Translations under genes and position numbers: made by a program
The notes under the pieces: generated by a model
The model's database searches: none
What the model was told of the DNA's origin: nothing
What the model saw: the letters and a program-made list of their open reading frames with translations, nothing else
Shown: positions 18,535 through 26,977 of the stretch, piece by piece
Layout of the letters: the number at the start of each line of letters is the position of its first letter
How positions within the stretch are numbered: the first letter of the stretch is position 1
Assembly: GCA_040398005.1 (NCBI GenBank)
Contig: JBBAUX010000004.1
Span: forward strand, 1 to 28,156
Origin: Opitutales bacterium
Lineage (GTDB): Bacteria; Verrucomicrobiota; Verrucomicrobiia; Opitutales; UBA953
Length of the DNA: 28,156 bases
Direction of reading: 5' to 3'

Positions 18535-19167
18535 GTGGCTGTCATTTTTATCACAGGCAGTGATACGGGCATTGGTAAAACTAATGTTGTAGGGTTGTTG
18601 GCTCGTGAGTTATCCGAATTAGGTAATACCCAGGTGATTAAGCCTGTAGAGTCAGGAGCAACTACTGGGAGACCGGCCGATGCGCCTAAGGCTGCGGGGG
18701 ATTGGGCCACACCGATTACACTTTTCTCATTCGGACCAGCCCAAGCACCGTTAGTAGCAGCAGCTCAATCAGGAAAAAAATTATCACTCCAGAATATTGT
18801 TAAAGCTTATCAGACCGTTCCACCGGCTGAACATCAAATCATTGAAGGGGCGGGTGGTTTGGCCGTCCCCATTGATCCTCTTGGTCTGGATTGGACCGAC
18901 TTCGCCCAAGCGATCAAGCCTGACGCCGTCATTATTGTAGTCGAAGATAGACTCGGTGCGATTAATCAGGCCCGACTTTCCGTCGCTTATTTAAAAAGAA
19001 AATATAACGGACGCATGGGTGTTTGGTTAAATACGGTAAGTCGTACCATTTCACCTGAAACCGCTCAAGCCAATCGCACAGGGATAAAACAATCTAAAAT
19101 TTCATTAGCCGGAGAGTCCTCCTACCAAAATAAGAAAGTTATTTTTAATCCCGAATTTTGGTCATGA
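18535..19167 (+). CDS. bioD: Dethiobiotin synthetase
   Basis: FITGSDTGIGKT P-loop, KPVESG, IEGAGGLAVP, LGAINQ. GTG start. Confidence 0.95.
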   Translation: MAVIFITGSDTGIGKTNVVGLLARELSELGNTQVIKPVESGATTGRPADAPKAAGDWATPITLFSFGPAQAPLVAAAQSGKKLSLQNIVKAYQTVPPAEHQIIEGAGGLAVPIDPLGLDWTDFAQAIKPDAVIIVVEDRLGAINQARLSVAYLKRKYNGRMGVWLNTVSRTISPETAQANRTGIKQSKISLAGESSYQNKKVIFNPEFWS

Positions 19168-20309
19168 ATCCTAAGTTGCGTCAACGGCTGGAAAAGGCTC
19201 TCGCTCAGCGCGATGCCGATGGGCTGTTACGTACTTTGAAAGTTCGATCCGCTACAGATGCACGAATTAATTTAGCAGATAATGACTACCTTAATTTAAG
19301 TCACGACAGTGAAGTAATCGCTGCTGCAAGTGCGGCTTTAGATAAATGGGGAGCCTCGTCCTCTGCGTCTCCTTTAGTCACGGGCTACACTGAATTGCAT
19401 CAAGACTTAGAAAAAACTCTAGCCCAGTGGCATGGTTACGCTCATGGACTTATTTTAAATACCGGATTTTCGGCAAACACGGCTGTGCTAGGTGGCTTGC
19501 CTAAAAAAGGGGATATCGTTTTGGCCGATAAGTTAATTCATGCGAGTATGTTGGAAGGAATTTTATCATCAGAAGCCACGCTCCGCCGTTTTCCGCATAA
19601 TGATTTAGATATATTAGAATCCATGTTAGAGGAGTCTAAAGAAAGTGACGCGGTCGTGTTTGTGGTGACGGAAAGTGTTTACTCGATGGACGGGGATTGC
19701 CCCGACTTATCAAGAATATCAAAACTGAAAGAGCGTTATAATTTTTGCTGGGTATTGGATGAAGCTCACGCTACGGGCTGGCATGGGCAAACAGGCTCAG
19801 GCATGCAGGAAGAGCAGGGGGTGCGAGCGGCGGCTGATATCGTGGTGGGCACCTTGGGTAAAGCGCTCGGGGCGCAAGGGGCCTATGTGTTATGTCATGA
19901 TGTTCTTATTAAGAATGTGATCATCAATTTCGCCGCGGAGTTTATTTATTCAACTTATCTCAGTCCGGCATCTGCGGCGGCAGCCTTAGCCGCCATTACT
20001 CGGGTGAAAAATTTAGCCACGGAGCGAACGCAGTTGCATCAACTTTCGAGAGAGTGGAGGGCAGCATTGCGTGCGGCTGGGTTTGCCTCACCCGATTTTC
20101 ATTCACCGATTATTCCGCTCGTCATTGGTGAAGTAAAAAAGACTCAACTTTATGCGGAAGCTTTGAGAGCTGCCGGATTCATTGTTTCGGTGATTCGTCC
20201 CCCCACGGTGCCCCTGAATACAGCACGCATCAGAATTTCTTTGCGCAGAGGATTAGACGCAAAGCATCTTGAAAAATTTATTTCTACACTGAAAGGGGTC
20301 GCCTCATGA
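19164..20309 (+). CDS. bioF: 8-amino-7-oxononanoate synthase
   Basis: NDYLNL, GFSAN, DKLIHAS, ESVYSMDGD, DEAH, GTLGKALG, IRPPTVP. ATG at 19164 overlaps the bioD stop (ATGA). Confidence 0.95.
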   Translation: MNPKLRQRLEKALAQRDADGLLRTLKVRSATDARINLADNDYLNLSHDSEVIAAASAALDKWGASSSASPLVTGYTELHQDLEKTLAQWHGYAHGLILNTGFSANTAVLGGLPKKGDIVLADKLIHASMLEGILSSEATLRRFPHNDLDILESMLEESKESDAVVFVVTESVYSMDGDCPDLSRISKLKERYNFCWVLDEAHATGWHGQTGSGMQEEQGVRAAADIVVGTLGKALGAQGAYVLCHDVLIKNVIINFAAEFIYSTYLSPASAAAALAAITRVKNLATERTQLHQLSREWRAALRAAGFASPDFHSPIIPLVIGEVKKTQLYAEALRAAGFIVSVIRPPTVPLNTARIRISLRRGLDAKHLEKFISTLKGVAS

Positions 20310-20920
20310 AAATCGGATGGATAGGCGGTTGGGGAATTTCGCTCAAGGAAATGCAACCCTTGGCGGTGAGTCATGCCCCTGACGCCGAACATTTAATTTA
20401 TCCACCAGTCATGGGCGCGGCAGAAAATCTAGTGGGTTGTGATATGGTGATTGGTTGGTCTTTGGGCGCTCATTTAATTTTAGAGGCTGCTTCTCGGGGA
20501 GTTAAGTTGCCCGCTAAGGCTTTGCTCATCGCACCCTTTACTTCGTTTTGTAGCGAACACTCAAAATGTGGAAAAGTCAGTGAGACGCAGGTACGCTGGC
20601 TGAGTCGCCTAGTTAAAACAGATTTACCTAATGCTTTGGCCGATTTTCGAAATCGGGCAGGGCTACCGCCCTCTACTATTTCTGAGACGCCGTATGAATC
20701 TAAAAATCTTTTAGAAGGTTTAGAAATTTTATCTCAACCCGCAGGAATCTCGCTGATTAGTTTTTGTCGTCAGGGATTACCGAGTGGCTGGGAGGCCTAT
20801 GTGGGTTCGGAGGATTTATTATTAAACCCTGACGGAGTTTGCCAATCAATCGTCGGCTGCCAGATTGTAGATGGCTTAGGGCATAACCTCAGCGATTTTT
20901 TCGCCGACAACACAAATTAA
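20306..20920 (+). CDS. Putative pimeloyl-ACP methyl ester esterase (BioH-functional alpha/beta hydrolase)
   Basis: Lies between bioF and bioC; GGWG oxyanion motif, GWSLG (Ser52), GSED (Asp170), GH (His193). Confidence 0.8.
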   Translation: MKIGWIGGWGISLKEMQPLAVSHAPDAEHLIYPPVMGAAENLVGCDMVIGWSLGAHLILEAASRGVKLPAKALLIAPFTSFCSEHSKCGKVSETQVRWLSRLVKTDLPNALADFRNRAGLPPSTISETPYESKNLLEGLEILSQPAGISLISFCRQGLPSGWEAYVGSEDLLLNPDGVCQSIVGCQIVDGLGHNLSDFFADNTN

Positions 20921-20923
20921 CTC

Positions 20924-21625
20924 ATGCGCTTCAACGAACGTGCACACACCTATGATCAACACGCCGCCCCGCAGCGTCGTTTTGCTGAAGCCTTAGCTGC
21001 TTTTGCTCCCTTTCCCCGTGGTGCGGAAATTACTGAGTTGGGTGCTGGCACTGGTTTTCTAACGAATGCTTTATTGGTTCAGGGAGCCTCTGTGGAAGCC
21101 ACCGATAACTCGCCTACGATGGTGGAACTAGGTCGGCAAAACGCACCACTGGCTGATTGGAAGGTGCGTGATGCTTTCACGAAAATACCCAAAGCGAAAG
21201 CTTTGGCATCATCCGGTCTATTACATTGGGCGCCCGATCCTGTGGCGGTTTTACGCAACTGGCATGACGCTCTGCCGGACCAAGGGCGTTTACTCTTGGG
21301 TGTACCCTGTGACCCTTGCTTATTTGAGCTTCGCGATTTGATGGGCGAGGGACCCTTGCATTGGCGCGACGAAGATCAGTGGCTACAAATATTACAAAGT
21401 GCTCAATTTGATGTCCGTGCCCACGGTGTTTTGGAATCTCAGGAAATTTATCCTTCGTCGATTGATTTATTTAGAGCCTTACACGGCAGTGGCGTCACGG
21501 GCGCGCCACGCCTGTCGTCGGGTAATTTAAAGTCGCTGATTAAAGACTATGACCGCTTACATCCTAAATCGGCTGGCGTGGTAGCGACTTGGGCGTGGCT
21601 CCTGGTTGATGCCGTGGCGCTTTAA
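20924..21625 (+). CDS. bioC: Malonyl-ACP O-methyltransferase
   Basis: F...A.TYDQHA..Q N-terminus, ELGAGTG SAM motif, SSGLLHW; last gene of the bio operon. Confidence 0.88.
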   Translation: MRFNERAHTYDQHAAPQRRFAEALAAFAPFPRGAEITELGAGTGFLTNALLVQGASVEATDNSPTMVELGRQNAPLADWKVRDAFTKIPKAKALASSGLLHWAPDPVAVLRNWHDALPDQGRLLLGVPCDPCLFELRDLMGEGPLHWRDEDQWLQILQSAQFDVRAHGVLESQEIYPSSIDLFRALHGSGVTGAPRLSSGNLKSLIKDYDRLHPKSAGVVATWAWLLVDAVAL

Positions 21626-22368
21626 TTAAAATCAAATTCCGGATGTGAGTCGGGCGGTGGATCCTCACCTGCTAAAATTCCGCGAATAAATAAATCACGA
21701 TGCTCGGGGCAGGGCCCATATTTTCTTAGGGCATTAGCATGTTCAAGCGTGCCGTAGCCTTTATGCGTGGCGAAGCCATATTCGGGATACTTTTCCTCCA
21801 TCTTTATTAATAATTTATCACGTTCTACTTTTGCCACAATAGACGCCAGGGCAATGGCCAGGCTTTTTCCGTCGCCTTGTTTCACCGCCTCATGCGCCCA
21901 AGTGAAAGGGCGTAAGGGTAGTCCGTCCACGAGCACCAAAAAATTCTTCTCATCGCGCCACCCAAATAATTCGCCTTCTGTCCCAGCAGCGGGAAACAGA
22001 GGAGCGAGGGGACCTTGTGCCAAACTCGTCATGCATCGACCCATCGCAATGCGAGTTGCTCCGAGAATATTATGCGCAGAAATTTCCATCACTGACGCTT
22101 CCGCCCAAACGGCTTTTAATTTTCCCTCCTCGTGCATCTCAAAAATAATTTGATGCAGGTCGCTCCGTTTTGAAGGTGAAAGTTTTTTAGAATCGTTCGC
22201 ACCCTTGAGTCGACGAATCCAGGCGGCCTCTCCGTAAAATCCTGCATCGAGTAAAACAGCTGCAGCCACCACGGGGCCGCAAAGCGATCCTCGTCCGGCT
22301 TCATCCAGACCCGCAATCCCTGGTCTTCCATTACCCTTCTTGCGGTCGAATGTAGCCAGAGAAGCCAC
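21622..22368 (-). CDS. rnhB: Ribonuclease HII
   Basis: GLDEAGRG.L.GPVVAAAV, NDSKKL, LVDG, GDGKS..IALASIVAKVERD, HKGYGT, PCPEHR. GTG start. Confidence 0.95.
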   Translation of the reverse strand: MASLATFDRKKGNGRPGIAGLDEAGRGSLCGPVVAAAVLLDAGFYGEAAWIRRLKGANDSKKLSPSKRSDLHQIIFEMHEEGKLKAVWAEASVMEISAHNILGATRIAMGRCMTSLAQGPLAPLFPAAGTEGELFGWRDEKNFLVLVDGLPLRPFTWAHEAVKQGDGKSLAIALASIVAKVERDKLLIKMEEKYPEYGFATHKGYGTLEHANALRKYGPCPEHRDLFIRGILAGEDPPPDSHPEFDFN

Positions 22369-22371
22369 GGC

Positions 22372-23382
22372 TTAATCTTTTTTCTTACGACCTTTGAAAG
22401 GCTTGGGTGCTGGGGGTTCGAGGCCACGAGCCTCGTAAGCAGTTTTAAAATGGAGCTTAGCAAAATTCACTAAAATAGCTGGGCCTAATCTGCCGACCAG
22501 TTCGATGGCCGCCTCTTTCGCTTCTGCTCCTGAGCCTTTCGGCAATCTCACGCCCCCATCGGCCGAAAGACGATCGAGTTCTCGTACAAAAGTTGCCCGG
22601 GCAATAATCGATGCTGCGGCCACAACGGGATCGGACTCCGCCTTGGTCCGCATTCTCAAATCAAAAACAACTTTTTTCCGCTCTAACTCATTTTGCACAA
22701 TCGGTTCTTCCGAAAACTGATCGAGTAAGCCCCAGGCGGGTCGACGTCCGTGAAGAAGTTCGTAATCCTTCAAAGCTTCTTCGCAAGAAGTGGCATGCAT
22801 CCAACCCAGTAAGCGGTTAAGATTTTTTCCGAAGCGGGAGTGGAGTTCATTGTATTTAGACATTCTCGCAAAAGTAGTTTTCACGGCGACGCCGGGAGTT
22901 CCTCGAATTACTTTTTCGAGCTCAGCAATTTTCGTATCCGTTAATTTTTTTGAATCTTTAATTCCTGCTTTGATCCACTCTCGTGTCATCTCACCGGTCG
23001 CGATGACGCACGCTGAGACGACGGGACCAAATAAGTCACCTTTACCCGATTCATCGAGCCCCGCATGTTCTTCGAACCACTCAGGATTTAATTCTTCTTC
23101 GTAGCCGAGCAGGGCTTGGCCGGTAACTTCTGATTCTAAAGTGAATTTTACAAATTCCTCGGTGCCTTTGCCTGAGATGACGCACTTGCCCGATTTATAA
23201 TGAACCACATTGCAGCTCGGTCCCTTGTAGGCAAACGCTGCATGATCCACGACGGCGGACACCCAGCCTTTTTCGATTAAGATAGCTTTAAGTTTTTCAG
23301 CTTGGGCGGCATCGAGCTTAAGGGTGTGCATGGCCACCTTCTTGGGATTTTCTTCGGAGTCCTGCTTGGTCTTTTTTGCCAT
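22372..23382 (-). CDS. rnhC: Ribonuclease HIII
   Basis: N-terminal TBP-like domain (VVHYKSGKCVISGKG), GLDESGKGDLFGP, DSKKL, DQF, KAES...VAAASIIAR, KLHFKT. Confidence 0.93.
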   Translation of the reverse strand: MAKKTKQDSEENPKKVAMHTLKLDAAQAEKLKAILIEKGWVSAVVDHAAFAYKGPSCNVVHYKSGKCVISGKGTEEFVKFTLESEVTGQALLGYEEELNPEWFEEHAGLDESGKGDLFGPVVSACVIATGEMTREWIKAGIKDSKKLTDTKIAELEKVIRGTPGVAVKTTFARMSKYNELHSRFGKNLNRLLGWMHATSCEEALKDYELLHGRRPAWGLLDQFSEEPIVQNELERKKVVFDLRMRTKAESDPVVAAASIIARATFVRELDRLSADGGVRLPKGSGAEAKEAAIELVGRLGPAILVNFAKLHFKTAYEARGLEPPAPKPFKGRKKKD

Positions 23383-23428
23383 TGCGATTACTTTTACTGT
23401 ACTTCGTATTTAAATCCAGCCCCTTCCC

Positions 23429-24496
23429 ATGTCTTTGCGTGAAATAATTTCAGCCAATAATGCCCTTAAGTTTCGTAAGGCCTTGTTAGCGTGGTTTGTA
23501 AAGCATCGGCGCCCTATGCCCTGGCGTGAAAAGGTTTCTGCCTACCGCACTGTGGTTTCGGAGTTGATGTGCCAACAGACGCAAATCGCTACCGTTATTC
23601 CTTATTTTAATCGCTGGGTTAAAAAGTGGGCGGATTTCAAAGATTTAGCGCGTTCCAAAGAATCAGATGTTTTGGCCGCTTGGGCGGGCTTGGGTTATTA
23701 CAACCGAGCACGAAATTTACGGGCCTGTGCGATCGAGATTTCGCAATTAAAAGTCTTACCAACAACCGCAACAGAGTGGCAAAAATTTAAAGGAATCGGA
23801 CCTTACACCGCGGCTGCCATTTCAAGTATCGCCTATGATGAGCCCGTTGCTGTCGTTGATGGAAATGTGGTGCGGGTGTTGGCTCGTATTGCGGGAGTTA
23901 AAAAAGTTTTTAGCGATGGGTCCACCGCCGTTAAATATTTTACGCCGTTAGCCAATCACCTCGTCGATGTGCAGCAGCCTGGAGATTTTAATCAAGCGAT
24001 GATGGAGTTGGGTGCGCTGGTTTGTCGAAAAGCTAATCCCAGTTGTTCAATTTGTCCGGTGGCGCAGTGGTGTCGGGCAAAAAAAGAAAATCTGGCCGAA
24101 AGTCTCCCGCGCTTTGCGCCTAAAAAACGTCAGCAAGCCATTGCCCATCGTGCCCTTATTTTTGATCAAGATAAATTATTATTACGAAGAAATCCCTCCG
24201 ACGTGAAACGCTTAGCGGGTATGGCCGAAATCCCCGAAACAGATTTTCTAAATAATGATTTTAAATCTCAGAAAAGCTGGGTTCGTCGCCGCACCATTGG
24301 AAGTGTTACTTATGAAGAAAATATAAATTTAATTACCTTGAATTCGAGGATACGTCTGAAGGTAAAAAAACAAACCACCCTGGAATGGGTTGCGCTCAAG
24401 CACCTAAAAAAAGCGGCCATCACTGGGCCGCATTTACGTTGGATTGAGGAATGGATTAATCTAAGCGATCGGTCAGAGCGCGGCAAAGTGCTTTAA
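23429..24496 (+). CDS. mutY: A/G-specific adenine glycosylase
   Basis: PWR, VSELMCQQTQ, GLGYYNRARNL, HhH KGIGPYTA, VDGNV.RV, FNQAMMELGA, 4Fe-4S motif C-X6-C-X2-C-X5-C. Confidence 0.95.
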   Translation: MSLREIISANNALKFRKALLAWFVKHRRPMPWREKVSAYRTVVSELMCQQTQIATVIPYFNRWVKKWADFKDLARSKESDVLAAWAGLGYYNRARNLRACAIEISQLKVLPTTATEWQKFKGIGPYTAAAISSIAYDEPVAVVDGNVVRVLARIAGVKKVFSDGSTAVKYFTPLANHLVDVQQPGDFNQAMMELGALVCRKANPSCSICPVAQWCRAKKENLAESLPRFAPKKRQQAIAHRALIFDQDKLLLRRNPSDVKRLAGMAEIPETDFLNNDFKSQKSWVRRRTIGSVTYEENINLITLNSRIRLKVKKQTTLEWVALKHLKKAAITGPHLRWIEEWINLSDRSERGKVL

Positions 24497-25880
24497 GGAC
24501 GGCGACCCGGGCGTAGCGTTTATCGTTACCGGGTATGACAATCCAAGGTGCGTGCGGGGTATCGGTACGCACAATCATGTCTTCAGCGGCTCGCTGATTA
24601 TCATCCCACTTCTTGCGATTCCGGTAATCTTCCTTGGTCATTTTATGACGTTTGTGTGCAGACTTTTCACGCTCGTGGAAGCGGCGAAGCTGTTCTTCTT
24701 TGGAAATGTGAATCCAGAATTTAAGTACGATGGACCCGACTTCCGCTTGGCGTGCTTCAAAATCATTAATTTCACTGTACGCTCGTGCCCATTCATCGGT
24801 GCGACAAAAACCTTCAACGCGTTCCACAATTACCCGGCCGTACCACGAACGATCGAAGATAGCCATGTGGCCGTAGGGTGGAATGCGTACCCAGAATCGC
24901 CATAAGTAGTGACGGGATTTTTCTTCCGGTGTCGGCGCAGGAATGGGATGAACGTGATAATGGGCGGCATCTAATTTAGAGGCCAAACGTCGAATGACAC
25001 CGCCTTTACCTGCGGCATCAACTCCTTCGAGTACCACTAAGGTTGAAATTCCACGCTTGGCGGCAATTCGACTGAGTCGTCCGAGGCGCCATTGGAGTTT
25101 CACAATTTGCTGAGTGTAATCTTTTTTATCTAAAACTGGATGAGCGCTAGCACTCTCTAAAAGTCCCCGTGGTCGATTGCTGGGCTTGCTGACTTTGATA
25201 ATCTTTCGACGCAGCCCGCTATTTAATTGGTCCGCGATGTATTTTCCAGCCACTAAATTACGGCGTTTAGAGTCCGATCCGTTGATGACTTTCCACGGCA
25301 GACCTTTGCCCGAGCTAGTCGTCCTAATCGTTTTAACCTGTGGGTGATTTTTCTTTTTCCCAATCAGTAAATCACGGGCCGAAACCACCCAGCCTTCGGC
25401 GTCAGTATCTTCCGCTTCACTCAATCGTTTCTTGAGAGTTTTTTCGGGTGTATCAATCCAGACCTTGGCCATCGCAATTCCATTAGCGGCGAGCGTGTCT
25501 TCAAAATTTTTAATACTCTTTACCCGTGAGCGCAGGGCATCCCCTTTAAGTTCTCCATTGATTGAAGCTACCACGGAGCGCGTGGTCCAGTCACCTACGA
25601 CAATCGTAATACGACCTTGGGCGGGCGCTAGGTTCCAGTAGGGCCAGAGAAAGGGGCGGAGTTTATTTTCGGGTAGCGACGTATCCGGGGCACAAATTCG
25701 TACGAGGCGAGAGTCGAGCCACTCGGTCAGCTGATTAGCTAATTCCGACGCTGCCAAGCGATCGCTGCCGCCAATAACAATCACCGTACCGGCATGATGA
25801 TTAACAATTCTTTGCTGGAGGGAAAGTAAACGTAAGTGTAGCGCCGAATGGGCTTTTTCGATGAGACTTTTACTTTCCAT
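24456..25880 (-). CDS. Two-domain polyphosphate kinase 2 (class II, polyphosphate:AMP phosphotransferase-like)
   Basis: C-terminal domain has intact LEGVDAAGKGG, FDRSWYGRV.VERV and KFWIHISKEEQ. The N-terminal PPK2 domain is degenerate. ATG at 25880 preferred because it avoids overlap with the upstream gene. Confidence 0.9.
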   Translation of the reverse strand: MESKSLIEKAHSALHLRLLSLQQRIVNHHAGTVIVIGGSDRLAASELANQLTEWLDSRLVRICAPDTSLPENKLRPFLWPYWNLAPAQGRITIVVGDWTTRSVVASINGELKGDALRSRVKSIKNFEDTLAANGIAMAKVWIDTPEKTLKKRLSEAEDTDAEGWVVSARDLLIGKKKNHPQVKTIRTTSSGKGLPWKVINGSDSKRRNLVAGKYIADQLNSGLRRKIIKVSKPSNRPRGLLESASAHPVLDKKDYTQQIVKLQWRLGRLSRIAAKRGISTLVVLEGVDAAGKGGVIRRLASKLDAAHYHVHPIPAPTPEEKSRHYLWRFWVRIPPYGHMAIFDRSWYGRVIVERVEGFCRTDEWARAYSEINDFEARQAEVGSIVLKFWIHISKEEQLRRFHEREKSAHKRHKMTKEDYRNRKKWDDNQRAAEDMIVRTDTPHAPWIVIPGNDKRYARVAVLKALCRALTDRLD

Positions 25881-25884
25881 AAAA

Positions 25885-26976
25885 TTATTCTGGGATAGCG
25901 ATGGGGTCACCCGGAGGTAATACCCCCTTACGGAGTGAATCAAGTGTGAGTTTCAACTCTTCTTTGAGGGTTAAATAAGAGGCCTTACCGACAGCCTTTT
26001 CTTGCAGTTTAATCGCTTCATCTTTTTGACCCTGCAGCCAGCGAACTCGGGCTAAAGTATCGAGTTTATCGGCCTCATCTTCTTTCGATAAAGCCACCGC
26101 TCGAACGGCGCATTTTTCAGCTAAGGCTAAATTTATATTTTTACCAAAACGTGGATTAGTTAAAAGGTCCCAAGCGATTTCGTTTTGTACTTCCGCATTG
26201 TCGATGTGGTCCAAGGCAGATTTCTCGTACATCGCGTTGATCTTCGATGGATCACCGCGCCCCAGTGCGATGATTGATTCCACGGACTCTTTGAGATTAG
26301 CCTGATCTCCTGAGTTAAGGTTTTTCAAAGCCTCGGGGAGAAGTTTTTCTGCTAAATCGAAGTTATTTTTATTAAGGGCTTCCCCTAATTTCTCTAAAGC
26401 TGAACTTGTTTCATCCTTTACGGTTACGTCTTTAGTTTTTTTTTCCGATTTATTTTTCTCGGGTTCGGGAGTTTTGGTACCCGTCAGGAAATCACCCAAC
26501 ATTTTTTCGTTCAATTGCATCGGATGTCCCATCCAAACGATGACGCCATCGCCATTGATAACAAACGCATGGGGAATACCGTTAACTTTTGCGGCTTCGA
26601 GCCAGTCTCTCAAAAATTTTTCTCCACCAATTGCGATAGCATAAGACATCTTGTCGCCTTGTGCCTTAACGAAGTCTTTAACTTTTTTGGCAGCTTCAGG
26701 GCTCTTTTCGCCTTCCCAAACATTCACCCCCGTAATCACCACGCCCTTCGGCCCCATTTTTTTATTCAATTCTTCGAGGTGCGGGATAGACGCCACACAT
26801 GGAGGGCACCAGGTCGCCCAGCATTCGAAAATATAAAGCTTACCCTTTTCGAAGGACTTAACGGCTTCGCCTTTAATTTGAGTTTTCGGACGGGTGGCTG
26901 GGGCCTTGTCGCCCACCTCGAGCGCAAAGGCTTGTGCTGTGATAAAGAGTAAAAGCAGGGATAGGATTTTTTTCAT
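25885..26976 (-). CDS. Secreted TlpA/ResA-type thiol-disulfide oxidoreductase with C-terminal TPR-like helices
   Basis: Signal peptide from ATG 26976; GDKAP, ECWATWCPPC, GIPHAFVI; NEIAW and DTLARV TPR-like motifs. Confidence 0.88.
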   Translation of the reverse strand: MKKILSLLLLFITAQAFALEVGDKAPATRPKTQIKGEAVKSFEKGKLYIFECWATWCPPCVASIPHLEELNKKMGPKGVVITGVNVWEGEKSPEAAKKVKDFVKAQGDKMSYAIAIGGEKFLRDWLEAAKVNGIPHAFVINGDGVIVWMGHPMQLNEKMLGDFLTGTKTPEPEKNKSEKKTKDVTVKDETSSALEKLGEALNKNNFDLAEKLLPEALKNLNSGDQANLKESVESIIALGRGDPSKINAMYEKSALDHIDNAEVQNEIAWDLLTNPRFGKNINLALAEKCAVRAVALSKEDEADKLDTLARVRWLQGQKDEAIKLQEKAVGKASYLTLKEELKLTLDSLRKGVLPPGDPIAIPE

Positions 26977-26977
26977 A

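Noticed and set aside
3418..21625. TTAA at 3418 and 21622 as a target-site duplication flanking a mobile element
   Set aside because: Both are overlapping TAA stops, the interval is housekeeping-rich, and no transposase or terminal repeats are present.
25881..25943. Long overlap between ppk2 and tlpA (and between tlpA and acs at 26977-27012)
   Set aside because: Artefacts of upstream TTG/ATG starts in the ORF track; ATG 25880 and ATG 26976 remove the overlaps.
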